This document shows, one piece after another, positions 20,801 through 28,596 of a stretch of DNA of 64,000 bases (its first letter is position 1; each line of letters opens with the position of its first letter). The DNA comes from a virus (taxonomy: Duplodnaviria > Caudoviricetes). The position numbers and the translations under genes are program-made. The notes beneath the pieces were generated by a model. That model was not told the DNA's origin. It did not search any database and worked only from the letters and a program-made list of their open reading frames with translations. Location of the stretch: IMG/VR virus record IMGVR_UViG_3300032123_000052, positions 96,001 to 160,000 of that record; one strand, given 5' to 3'.

Positions 20801-21787
20801 GAAGCTAAATTGCCTTCGAAAAGTTATCTGACAGGATCAAATAATACAGATGGTGATATCGAACTTGATGAAGCAACTGGTGCTTTTGCAGCTGGTGCGT
20901 ACACTAATCATCCTGATGTGGACTTAAATTCTGATCAGAGTGCAGTAACAATTGGTACCGTAAATGCCCTTGGTGCTCAAGCAAAACTCGATGTGAATGC
21001 AGAGTGCGATACTGCCCTCAGTGATATCGGTCTTGACCATTTGATCCAAGTTGCTGTAACTGGAGCAGATGTAACGGATGACTCAATCATTGCAAACATA
21101 GTTTCTAAAGCGGCAACCCCTGACTGGGACACTTTCGACAATACCACAGATTCATTAGAAGCGATTGTCGATGGAGGTGGGGCTGGACTTAGCGCTCAGG
21201 AGGTTAGAGATGCAATGAAACTCACTCCGACCGGCGGAGCTCCTGCGTCCGGTTCTGTGGATGAGCACTTAGATACCATTATAACAGATGTCGGAACAGT
21301 CGATACTGTTGTTGACGCTATTAAAGTGGTAACCGATGCTTTGCCGAACTCCGGTGCTTTGACAGATATAGATACTGGAATTAATAATATCGAAGCTAAG
21401 CTACCTACTAATTATATCATGGGATCGTCTGTCCAAGCTAATAAGGATGATGAGATCGATGCTATTAAAGTCCGTATTGAACTTGCGCTTCCTAATGCAG
21501 CCCCGAGTGGGGCTGCTGGCCTACCTACAGTTGATGCATCGAACCATATTGTAGGAGTCCAAGGTTCTAAAAATGTATTTGATGATCTAAATGATATTAA
21601 TAATAGTGACATCCTCGGTATGGCTATTGATGGAACTGCCACATTTGCAATAGCAATGAAACAGATATTGGCTTATTGTGGCAATGATATAACCAGATCT
21701 GGCGACGTATACACTTATAGAAATTATGACGACAATGCTAACACTATGGCAATAACAGGCTCGGATTCAGGAAGAGTTCGTTCATGA
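14879..21787 (+). CDS. giant acidic modular repeat protein, probable fibre/spike
   Basis: 2302 aa, Asp/Thr/Ala/Ile-rich; at least seven repeat families shuffled along its length. Confidence 0.7.
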   Translation: MPTIWMDVDAALSEVPVNILALIDDTDFKTREESVTYNQAGMDLVWNFVSTAGVFTQTAVTPTSGGDYDWVNQGNGIYTIEIPASGGASINNDIEGFGWFVGYVTGILPWRGPIVGFRAAALNNALIDGGDVLDINTTQWNGTNVATPTVAGVPEVDVTHIEGASQSATDLKDFADAGYDPATNKVQGVVLVDTTTTNTDMVGTNGANTTIPDVAGIAATLHGITDGKIDDVQTTVDAIETDTQDLQTQIGTAGVGLTDLGGMSTGMKAEVNIEADAALTDYDPPTRTEATADKNEIIVEVDANETKIDAIQTTANAIEVDTQDIQNSIGIVEDLGNGTTLAKNNRDIAGATFITGTDSNEAIRDRGDTAWTTGAGGDATEAKQDSIIATIGTAGAGLNDLGGMSTAMKAEVNIEADAALSDYDPPTRTEATSDKDEIIVEIDANETKIDAVQTTVDNIETDTQDLQGRLPASLIAGRIDADTTAISGDVTAANNLELDYDGTGYAKTNSIIGTTTTNTDMVGTNGANTTVPDIAGTAATLHGITDGKVDDVQTTVDNIETDTQDLQSSIGTVEDLGNGTTLAKNNRDIAGATFATGTDSNESIRDRGDAAWLTGGGGAISQIINPNQVIPISIDLANTSTVRLGFMLINAVDDLPSTAEITPGTISIERKAIGGASWSAIITDAACSEQAGMVYYDEVFDTGAGYAEGDSIRITFKSQSVIADANTFEITDSNGVSFQTYIRETMRGTNSANTTVPDIAGTAATLHGITDGKVDTVDTKVDTIDTVVDAIKVVTDVLPNAGALTDIDTGINNIEAKLPTNYIMGSSIQADKDDEIDSIKTTVEALNNISSGDVQTACDTAITANTDIDNIDSGVNNIEAKLPTNYIMGSSVQTDKDDEIDAIKVVTDVLPNSGALTDIDAGVNNIEAKLPSKTYLTGTTNADGDVQLDEATGALPAGAFANHPTVGLNDDAITASKFDETTAYPIASADSGSTAVARVGADGDTLETLSDQIDGVQTSVDGIQNNTKFVATVPTNMLIPDSGDTMYKITAHFYDSDGNMEDPDNDEINILYEDVSGADKDAFFDDAGGSTGATAGVIDVNMWQMVRASTGVYESYYKLPNTETPEQWTASFKLEEASSLLNYSRSTNVVEEAPGSTTLADNTVNKDIIAEALKERDVSGAGAVSGSIYQDINDNIDTNETKIDTIYTEVGLIKTATDALPNAGALTDIDTGINNIEAKLPSKSYIAGTANPDGDIQLDEATGALVVGAYANHPDVDLNANQSGVTVGTVNALGTQAKADVQAECDSAITANTDINNIDTGVNNIETKLPSKSYLAGTANSDGDVQLDEATGALPAGAFTNHPDVDLNADQSAITIGIVNALGAQAKLDVNAEADIALSDIGLDHLIQVAVAGTDVTDNSIIAQIVSKSATADWDTFDNTTDALEAISDSGGGGLTAQQVRDAMKLAPTVGAPDVGSVDNHLDDIQAVTDNLPNSGSLTDIDTGVNNIEAKLPTNYIMGSSVQTDKDDEIDSIKSTVEGLNDLSAAQVNAEVDTALSDIRLDELMTSAIASQPVAGSIFADLTEDDGGTQRFNANALEQAPTGGTNPNVLIDTTINVVTDQTHFTLNSGSNDDDAYKNQAFVVYDASDSDSPSIRVCAGYVGSTRTVTLDSAPDFTIISGDGAKAFVTAPGTSAPTVGQIRTEMDDNSTKLIAIDTGVDNIELKLPTNYIMGSSAQTDKDDEIDAIKAVTDLLPNSGALTDIDTGINAIEAKLPTDYIMGSSVQTAKDDEIDSIKSTVEGLNNLSAAEVNAEVDTALSDIGLDHLVQVAVAGTDIVDNSIIAQIVSKSATADWDTFDNTTDSLEANTDSLSMVDGKVDTIDTVVDAIKVVADLLPNGGALTDIDTGVNNTEAKLPTNYIMGSSVQSGKDDEIDSIKSTVEGLNDLSSVNVQAACDAAITANTDINDIDTGVNNIEAKLPSKSYLTGSNNTDGDIELDEATGAFAAGAYTNHPDVDLNSDQSAVTIGTVNALGAQAKLDVNAECDTALSDIGLDHLIQVAVTGADVTDDSIIANIVSKAATPDWDTFDNTTDSLEAIVDGGGAGLSAQEVRDAMKLTPTGGAPASGSVDEHLDTIITDVGTVDTVVDAIKVVTDALPNSGALTDIDTGINNIEAKLPTNYIMGSSVQANKDDEIDAIKVRIELALPNAAPSGAAGLPTVDASNHIVGVQGSKNVFDDLNDINNSDILGMAIDGTATFAIAMKQILAYCGNDITRSGDVYTYRNYDDNANTMAITGSDSGRVRS

Positions 21788-21993
21788 TCATGAATGCTAA
21801 TCAAATATACCAGAAAGCCTTTGATGATGAACTTGAGAAGTTTGGATTCAGGATTCCCAGCCTATCCAAAATAGAAAAAATTATTGATTATGGTAAAAAA
21901 TTAAAACAGCGGTTTGAAGAAAAATACGAATCGCGTAAAAAGAAAAAGCGAAAACATAGACGGGGTTCATCTTTTGTTTTTTTTGGGAAATAA
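21784..21993 (+). CDS. small basic protein with AFDDELEK leader
   Basis: MNANQIYQKAFDDELEKFG followed by Lys/Arg-rich tail. Confidence 0.6.
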   Translation: MIMNANQIYQKAFDDELEKFGFRIPSLSKIEKIIDYGKKLKQRFEEKYESRKKKKRKHRRGSSFVFFGK

Positions 21994-21996
21994 TAT

Positions 21997-22218
21997 ATGG
22001 CTCTTTTGGGACCAAGATCAATAATAGTTGGAGGGTGGTTTGGTGCCGATGGTGTGTCTGCGCCAGATATCAATCTCATAACAGATGGTTGGTTTTTACC
22101 ATTACCACCAGTTGAGATAAAAGCTATATATATTAATAGTGATGGTAATTATGAGGAGATTGGTGTTCCATTATTGGGATTACATGAAGACGGTTATTAT
22201 AAAGAGGTTGATCCTTAA
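21997..22218 (+). CDS. small virion-associated protein
   Basis: Repeated (T/V)(D/G)GWF motif; operon context. Confidence 0.5.
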   Translation: MALLGPRSIIVGGWFGADGVSAPDINLITDGWFLPLPPVEIKAIYINSDGNYEEIGVPLLGLHEDGYYKEVDP

Positions 22219-22244
22219 ACATCACATTTTCCCTGTTCAAAGGT

Positions 22245-22625
22245 ATGGGAGACATTATGAGCGAATCTGTGGACAGGGAGCTTGGAAAGTTATCTCAACA
22301 GATTGAGAATACAGCCAAAAACCTTGGAGATGTAAAAAACGACCTTACACGCCTATTCGACACTGTTGATGAAGATTCTAAAGGAATTGTCAAGGAAATA
22401 GCGGTATATAAAGTTCAACAAAAAGAAACAATCAGAAGATTCGATGATTTAAAAAAAGAAGTTTCTGATAATAAAAATGCCATAATAAAAGAGCGTGAGG
22501 AGAGGATAACATTTGAAACAGAAACTAAAGCTGGTGTTAAATTTACAAAAAACGCAGCACTCATTCTCGGAACGCTGGCAACACTCATCAGTGCCGCGGC
22601 TGCTTTATTTGTATTGTTAACTTAG
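22245..22625 (+). CDS. coiled-coil protein with C-terminal TM helix (holin/XhlA-like)
   Basis: Heptad N-terminus; AALILGTLATLISAAAALFVLL C-terminus. Confidence 0.5.
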   Translation: MGDIMSESVDRELGKLSQQIENTAKNLGDVKNDLTRLFDTVDEDSKGIVKEIAVYKVQQKETIRRFDDLKKEVSDNKNAIIKEREERITFETETKAGVKFTKNAALILGTLATLISAAAALFVLLT

Positions 22626-22634
22626 GAGTTTAAT

Positions 22635-23075
22635 ATGAAGATAGCAATTATAGTAAATGATGACAAAGCTATATACTATCTACAAGATGCAATAAATAAA
22701 ACAGCCGATTGGGATGTAAGTTTCTTCTCAGACTCTCAAGGATTTGGCATGTTTGACGTATCTTACTTTAATGTTATTATCGCAAGCTACGATCTTCCAT
22801 CTATTAATGGGCAAGATTTGCTTCAAGCAATTCATGAGAAAACATCTGCAGATCTATATCTTCTGTGCGATTCTGTTGATTGTATTTCAAAAACGGATCT
22901 ATCTAGGAATTATATCAAAGGTGTAATAAAGAAAGATGTCTTATCAATAATAAATAAACTGCATTATCTTGAAACAAAATATAGAATTAAAGAAATGATT
23001 TCGACTGAAGAAGAAAAATGGTGTTTTGCCACCAGGAGGATAGAAGCATTGACACTCGCCGTGAATGCAAAATAG
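22635..23075 (+). CDS. atypical CheY-like receiver domain protein
   Basis: MKIAIIVNDD, NVIIASYDLPSING, GVIKK; Ser at the phospho-Asp position. Confidence 0.7.
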   Translation: MKIAIIVNDDKAIYYLQDAINKTADWDVSFFSDSQGFGMFDVSYFNVIIASYDLPSINGQDLLQAIHEKTSADLYLLCDSVDCISKTDLSRNYIKGVIKKDVLSIINKLHYLETKYRIKEMISTEEEKWCFATRRIEALTLAVNAK

Positions 23076-23182
23076 ATAGAATAATGCCTATTTTTGAAAA
23101 CCAAGAAGAGGCAGTTAGTTTCTTATATACTTAAAGTAATGATTTTAGGAGCTTATCTTTTGCCTTTCGAGTCTTTTAGACT

Positions 23183-23195
23183 TATATTATAAATA
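23183..23195 (+). promoter_or_regulatory. candidate late promoter TATATTATAAATA
   Basis: Identical to 11552-11564; upstream of tail genes. Confidence 0.6.
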
Positions 23196-23226
23196 GATAA
23201 TGCTCTTTGAAATTGAATGAAAAATT

Positions 23227-24147
23227 ATGGTATCATTTACAAACTTCCCCTTAAAAGCTATCACCGACGGTGTAATAAGTTATACCAAATTCTTATTTCT
23301 TAATGAGAATATCACACCGCCTTCATACCGCTATTCTGAAGATGACAGAGCAAGCCGTTTAAGGATACAGGGGCCGTTTGTTATTGACAATGAAAAACCT
23401 ATGAGTGCCCCTTTTATAGTGGTTGAAAGGGGAACGTTTGTCTTTGCCAATAGTATGATAGATAATTTAAAATCAGCCACACCAAATACCTTCGAGATGA
23501 AGCAGAAGGTTGATATTATGGACGGTTATATAAATATAATCGTCGGCTCCCGATCTGCGGGAGAGGCTTCAAATATAGCAAATTTTTTAGCTATTAATTA
23601 CCAGGCTGACCGTCATGGGATTATAAGTGAATTAAAGTTTGTGCGAAATTTTAATTATGTTGACGTTGGGCCAGAAGTACCGGTTTTTAAAGACTCTGAG
23701 GTAAAAAGATGGGAAGTAACCTTACGAATAATGGTGTCTATGCAGATAGGATGGGCAACAACGATACGCGATCCAGAACCGTGGAATAAAGTATCAATAT
23801 ATGCTGTTAACTCAAATTGGGGAAGCTCCTCAAACACCGGTATAGTAGCAGAAGGTCTTGATACATTAACTGATGCGAATGCAAATTTTGGACTGCTTGA
23901 AACAAGTGATCCGAGACTTATTGAAAAAGAGCTGCAAGAAGGGTATTATTATATTAAGTTCGCTAACGGCGATCAGTTTTATCCAGTTGCAGACATTGTG
24001 GACCCGAACACTTTGCAACTTCTGACGCATGACACAAACGGGGACCCAGTACCATACTCAGCGCCAGAAAGTGCTGTAGATTTAGAATATGAATTGTATT
24101 GGAATTGTGTACATATACGCGGTGATATTCCGAACAATAATACTTAA
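23227..24147 (+). CDS. tail completion/terminator protein
   Basis: P.IVVERG...EA..IA..L pattern; directly precedes the sheath gene. Confidence 0.6.
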   Translation: MVSFTNFPLKAITDGVISYTKFLFLNENITPPSYRYSEDDRASRLRIQGPFVIDNEKPMSAPFIVVERGTFVFANSMIDNLKSATPNTFEMKQKVDIMDGYINIIVGSRSAGEASNIANFLAINYQADRHGIISELKFVRNFNYVDVGPEVPVFKDSEVKRWEVTLRIMVSMQIGWATTIRDPEPWNKVSIYAVNSNWGSSSNTGIVAEGLDTLTDANANFGLLETSDPRLIEKELQEGYYYIKFANGDQFYPVADIVDPNTLQLLTHDTNGDPVPYSAPESAVDLEYELYWNCVHIRGDIPNNNT

Positions 24148-24162
24148 GCAAGGAGATATAAA

Positions 24163-26721
24163 ATGACTGCATATCAAGGACCGCACGTTGCGGTGACACA
24201 GAAATTCGTTACCAGCCCTGGTGCGATTGCCATAGAAGACTTGCCTTCGGTAGCTGTTGGTACTGCCTTCGATGTTTTTGAAAAAGAGCGGATCGGATCA
24301 TCATATGGAATCGTTGACAGAGAACTCGCGTGGGGTGCAAATAAAGTCGTTTACGATAAAGATGTGATTGATCAAAAAGCATATGATTTTTATCCAGCAA
24401 AAGCATTTGCCAACTCTCCGTTCGGGAATGTCGATCTCGAGCTGTTGGATGCTAATCTCTCAAGCACAGGGGTAACGCTTGTAAGGGGCAAGACATATAA
24501 AGTTCCTGATACCGAAAAGGTGGTTGGTGCGTGCGAAGGAATCGTTCCTTACTACAAAAGGATTCTCACGGCTGGCGATGTACAGATACACGCCGCTGAT
24601 CTGAGAACTGTTGTTATTGTCGGCGGAACAGTAGTAACCGCCCAGTTGAAACCTGGCCAAAAAGTGTTTGTTACTATTGATGGTGGGACAAGCTGGACTT
24701 TGGTTGGGACTGTCGGCTCTATTGGAAATGATGAGACAAAAATACGTCTCGCAACTCCTTATGCAACCCCTATTACCACTGGTGATGGAATAGCGGTCGG
24801 AGCAGTTTCTGATACGCTTATTGATATTCCAAATACCATCTATGACGCAACTGCAGATTTTATTACAGCAAAAGTCAGAGTGGGAGATATTGTCTATATA
24901 TCAAGCTTGGCAATTGCTGCCTCTATTGCAAATCCAATCGCTGCCTCTGTCGTGTCAATCATTGACAAAAATACATTGAAATTCAATACTGAAACGCTCG
25001 TTGCGGGCCAGGTTGATTACGATTACCTCAAATATCAAGATTTTGTCGAAACCCCCGGTTCAACCCTTCAGCTTTATACTTATTGGGTTGAACGGTACGC
25101 AGGGTTCTCTCAGAACTACGGCATTAAACTGCTTAATACAGGTGCTGGCGTCGCTGTTGGAAAAACAAGCTCTAGCGTACTGACTGTACCTATTGCCGGA
25201 TTTCCAATTGTAAATGAAGGTGATGTATTCATAATTACTACAGCAAATGTTGCTGCCGGTTCAGAGGAGCGAGATGTAACTCCCGGATTCAGACCTTATC
25301 GAATTCAGACTATTACTACTTCAGGTGTGAATTATGAAATCACAGTTAATGGTACTATTTACCATTCAGGCGTTGCCCCGGAAACGGAATTCTCCGGTGG
25401 TGAGTTTATCAGTGTGTGGGCTCCTAAAGTAGAGACTTCTATTCTTGTCGATTTCCGTGCTGTACGGGAAGAAGAGCTTGGTGTTGTAAAACGCATTACT
25501 AGCCTTGAAGATATTGCAGCCGCCTGGTCAAGAGATGAAGACATCAGTATCCATAATGAACTTGCCTTCATGGCTCAAATTGAATTTGCCCTGAACCGTG
25601 GCAAAGTCATGTACGGTGTAAATGTTGATGCTACCGAAGCCAATTTGTCCGCCCAGTACTCTGCAGCGTTTGAGGAACTTAAGCTGCACGATGTCTATAG
25701 CCATGCTCTCGGAACAGATGATGCTGGCGTTAATGCACTTCTTGGACCGTATGTTGATGGCCAATCTGCACCGTATGAAGGCCACGAAAGAATTGGTGTA
25801 GTTGCCTATGATGAAGATGATATATATCTGCAGGGGGCCGATACAGGGTCTGTTGATATTGCCGGCCTGATAACAATTGACGGTGCTTTCGACCCTATCG
25901 CTGCAGGAGTTACTGTTGACGATGTAGTAAAGATATATGACTCAAGTGGTGATTTTGTAACTGAGGTTCTGGTTACTGAAACGCCAACAGTCGTCACAGA
26001 GGTTCAAACCGACTATGTTGGAGCGATTCTTGCTGCCGGCCACTCATTTAGATTTCAAAGTGGGCGCAAAGATGACCAATCTGTCCGTATCGGCGCTATC
26101 GGTTATGGCAATCGGCGCGTGCAGGTTGTATGGCCCGGGTGGTTTCAGGCTGATTTTGGCGGAGTGACTTATACCCTTCCTCCTTATTATATCACGGCTG
26201 CATTAGCCGGAATGGATGGTGGGATAATTGTTTCACAGTCTTTTACCAATTACACTTTCAGCATACCTGGACTATCTAATATTCAACTTAACACAAATAA
26301 CTACTTCAGAAAACTTCAGCTCGACGAAATAGGTGGTGGTGGTGTTAGTGTTATGATTCAGGATACGCGTGTCAGCCAGACTATCAAATCGAGGCATGAT
26401 CTTACATCCAACATGGATGCCGTTCAATATCGCGAGCATTCAATTACCAAACAGGCTGATGTGTCAGCGAAGACGGTTCGTAATGCAATTAACCCTTATG
26501 TCGGCAAGTATAACATTACTCCTGACCTGTTCAGATTTATAGGCCAGGTATGCGCGGTGGTAAGCACCAAGCTAGTTAAAAAAGGTGTTATTGCTCGTCT
26601 TTCTGTGCTGAAGATTGCTCGCGATGAAGTAATTGATGATAAAATCAACATCACAATGCAGGCGACTGTTTTTATCGCCGGCAATTACTATGACGTAACA
26701 CTGATAATTGTTTCTCGTTAA
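24163..26721 (+). CDS. tail sheath protein
   Basis: 852 aa; YQGPHV.V.Q N-terminus; C-terminal LPPYY..AA.AG, RH.LTS, RE.SI.K..D and I.VT..V motifs. Confidence 0.8.
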   Translation: MTAYQGPHVAVTQKFVTSPGAIAIEDLPSVAVGTAFDVFEKERIGSSYGIVDRELAWGANKVVYDKDVIDQKAYDFYPAKAFANSPFGNVDLELLDANLSSTGVTLVRGKTYKVPDTEKVVGACEGIVPYYKRILTAGDVQIHAADLRTVVIVGGTVVTAQLKPGQKVFVTIDGGTSWTLVGTVGSIGNDETKIRLATPYATPITTGDGIAVGAVSDTLIDIPNTIYDATADFITAKVRVGDIVYISSLAIAASIANPIAASVVSIIDKNTLKFNTETLVAGQVDYDYLKYQDFVETPGSTLQLYTYWVERYAGFSQNYGIKLLNTGAGVAVGKTSSSVLTVPIAGFPIVNEGDVFIITTANVAAGSEERDVTPGFRPYRIQTITTSGVNYEITVNGTIYHSGVAPETEFSGGEFISVWAPKVETSILVDFRAVREEELGVVKRITSLEDIAAAWSRDEDISIHNELAFMAQIEFALNRGKVMYGVNVDATEANLSAQYSAAFEELKLHDVYSHALGTDDAGVNALLGPYVDGQSAPYEGHERIGVVAYDEDDIYLQGADTGSVDIAGLITIDGAFDPIAAGVTVDDVVKIYDSSGDFVTEVLVTETPTVVTEVQTDYVGAILAAGHSFRFQSGRKDDQSVRIGAIGYGNRRVQVVWPGWFQADFGGVTYTLPPYYITAALAGMDGGIIVSQSFTNYTFSIPGLSNIQLNTNNYFRKLQLDEIGGGGVSVMIQDTRVSQTIKSRHDLTSNMDAVQYREHSITKQADVSAKTVRNAINPYVGKYNITPDLFRFIGQVCAVVSTKLVKKGVIARLSVLKIARDEVIDDKINITMQATVFIAGNYYDVTLIIVSR

Positions 26722-26763
26722 ACACTAATCAGTTTAAATGTAGAATATTAAATAAAGGAGGAA

Positions 26764-27582
26764 ATGCATATGCCACCTCTAACAAAAGTGGATCTGCAAG
26801 AGTTGATAGACCAATCAGGCGGTTGGGACTGGGAAGATGCTCACGTATCTCAGGCTTATATTTCCCCTCATGGTATTGACACAAAAGAATCGATTGCAAT
26901 AAATGATATTATTGAATCGGGAACCGTTCTTATCGCCGCAGGTCCGTCCGATCTGGATAAGGCTGTAGAAGATCCTGATGGTTTTAGGGTCGTCCCTATC
27001 GGTCTCATCGAAACGGCACAGATAAGTATGAATAAACCATTGAGTCGGATATTCGAAATCGGCTCAAAACTCAGCTATATTATACCGGGTCGTACCGTTG
27101 GTGGGATAAGTCTAAGCAGGGTATTTTTTGATGGACCAAGTTTACTTAAAGCAATATATATGGGCGAGGTAAAAGCTGACTTTGCCACACAGGATAAAAA
27201 ATTTGCAAAATTTACCTCGAATCCTTATCATGTGGATGGGGAAGAAAAATATCAGAAGTTTGCCAATATCGGTTCGGGAAACTTGGCGATGAACCTTGCC
27301 TCGTCTTTCTTTGAACAACCTATTGGTCTGGCGTTTTATTTCAAAGACCAGCAGGACGATACTGTCGGACAGACCTATTTTGAAGGGTGTCGTGTCAGCA
27401 CGCTCAATCTTGGTATATCAGCTAATATGAATGTGCTTACCGAATCTATCAATATGGAGTTTATTCGCTGCAGGCCAATTAACACTGCTGCCTCGAAAAA
27501 TTACATTAAGGGCGACAATCTGGCTGATCTTAATATTGTCTCTGCGCAGACCAACTGGGATCAAAGCGTTGTCGATGGTTAA
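26764..27582 (+). CDS. tail tube protein
   Basis: Follows sheath; IGLIETAQI...RIFEIGS...IPGRT.G.I.LSRVFFDG pattern. Confidence 0.75.
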   Translation: MHMPPLTKVDLQELIDQSGGWDWEDAHVSQAYISPHGIDTKESIAINDIIESGTVLIAAGPSDLDKAVEDPDGFRVVPIGLIETAQISMNKPLSRIFEIGSKLSYIIPGRTVGGISLSRVFFDGPSLLKAIYMGEVKADFATQDKKFAKFTSNPYHVDGEEKYQKFANIGSGNLAMNLASSFFEQPIGLAFYFKDQQDDTVGQTYFEGCRVSTLNLGISANMNVLTESINMEFIRCRPINTAASKNYIKGDNLADLNIVSAQTNWDQSVVDG

Positions 27583-27604
27583 TTGAGAAATTCTTCTAAT
27601 AGCT

Positions 27605-27640
27605 AAAAAAAAAGAGAGCTGATTTCTGCTCTCTTTTTTA
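27605..27640. terminator. bidirectional intrinsic terminator
   Basis: A-run AAAGAGAGC-8 nt-GCTCTCTTT T-run between convergent blocks. Confidence 0.8.
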
Positions 27641-27659
27641 TTTTCTCTAACTAAAACTA

Positions 27660-28030
27660 GACCGAGTTTGGCTATTATATTTTGGCGGAGCCGAAATTGC
27701 ATCTCCAGATGCCAAACCGTTCACCACCAGCACTTTTACTGGTGGTCTAAAAAAGTAAAAAATTTTTAACCCTGCTGAAACAGCAGAATATAAAAATTCT
27801 TAGAGAAAAAAAACTCCAACTTAATATCGCTCAGTATTGCATTTGTAATTACCACCACCAGTCACCCCGGGCCCATCCGTTGGAGACACCCCCAACCTTC
27901 CGATAACCATATAATTACCACTCCAGTGGTATTTTATACCTTGACGAAACGTCAAGTGTAAAATCTTGGAGTTAATATCAATCATATCCGTTGCTCATAA
28001 AAGTTAAAGTAAAATAACTGCTTTCATAAA
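27660..28030 (-). ncRNA. candidate structured RNA / hairpin array
   Basis: At least six hairpins (27699-27712, 27723-27746, 27772-27786, 27879-27896, 27916-27931, 27940-27956); two gain G-U pairs on the - strand; no ORF. Confidence 0.45.
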
Positions 28031-28035
28031 TATTA

Positions 28036-28587
28036 TTAACACATTTCGTTCTTTTTTATTTTTAATTTACCCATTTTTACCCACCTACAAATAGTCGTAG
28101 GCTTTACATGGTGTATCTCGGCATACTTTAAAAGTATGCCTGATTTAACTTTTTTCTTTGAACCAATTTTGGGCCCTCTCGTTAAATCCGTCTTAGGTTT
28201 AAACTCATATTCAATAGGCATTATCTCACCGCATTTCGCCCAACCGGGAACCCACCGGAAGGTTTTTCCATTTACTACAGCCAGAGCAGATGTCAGAGAT
28301 ATGTTAAACCCCCTACCCAATTCAGCAGCGCTTACACCATTCTTCAAACTCAATTGCCGGATTTTTTTTACCTGCGATATAGTAAGATTGGAACTTTTTA
28401 AGTATCTCTGCTGCATTTTTTTTGATACTTTTCTTGGAGGAATCAAATCAAAAACATGATGAAGCACACTATTTGGCCGGCAATTGAACTTTCTGGCAAC
28501 ATATAGTACAGCATACCCTTCATCCACAAGACTCCGTATCTGCTGTACCTGTGCCGAAGATAATTTGCTGTGATATTTACTTTTCAT
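28036..28587 (-). CDS. triple helix-turn-helix DNA-binding protein, 5' end displaced by IS insertion
   Basis: Two (K/N)L(S/T)..QV..IR...A..F repeats plus a C-terminal VKPTTICRWVK HTH; native start rebuilt at 29846. Confidence 0.7.
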   Translation of the reverse strand: MKSKYHSKLSSAQVQQIRSLVDEGYAVLYVARKFNCRPNSVLHHVFDLIPPRKVSKKMQQRYLKSSNLTISQVKKIRQLSLKNGVSAAELGRGFNISLTSALAVVNGKTFRWVPGWAKCGEIMPIEYEFKPKTDLTRGPKIGSKKKVKSGILLKYAEIHHVKPTTICRWVKMGKLKIKKNEMC

Positions 28588-28596
28588 AATTTTTAC

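Noticed and set aside
1250-27702. Many - strand ORFs over the structural operon and + strand ORFs over the early block
   Set aside because: They are shadows of longer genes on the opposite strand, lack RBSs and have implausible composition
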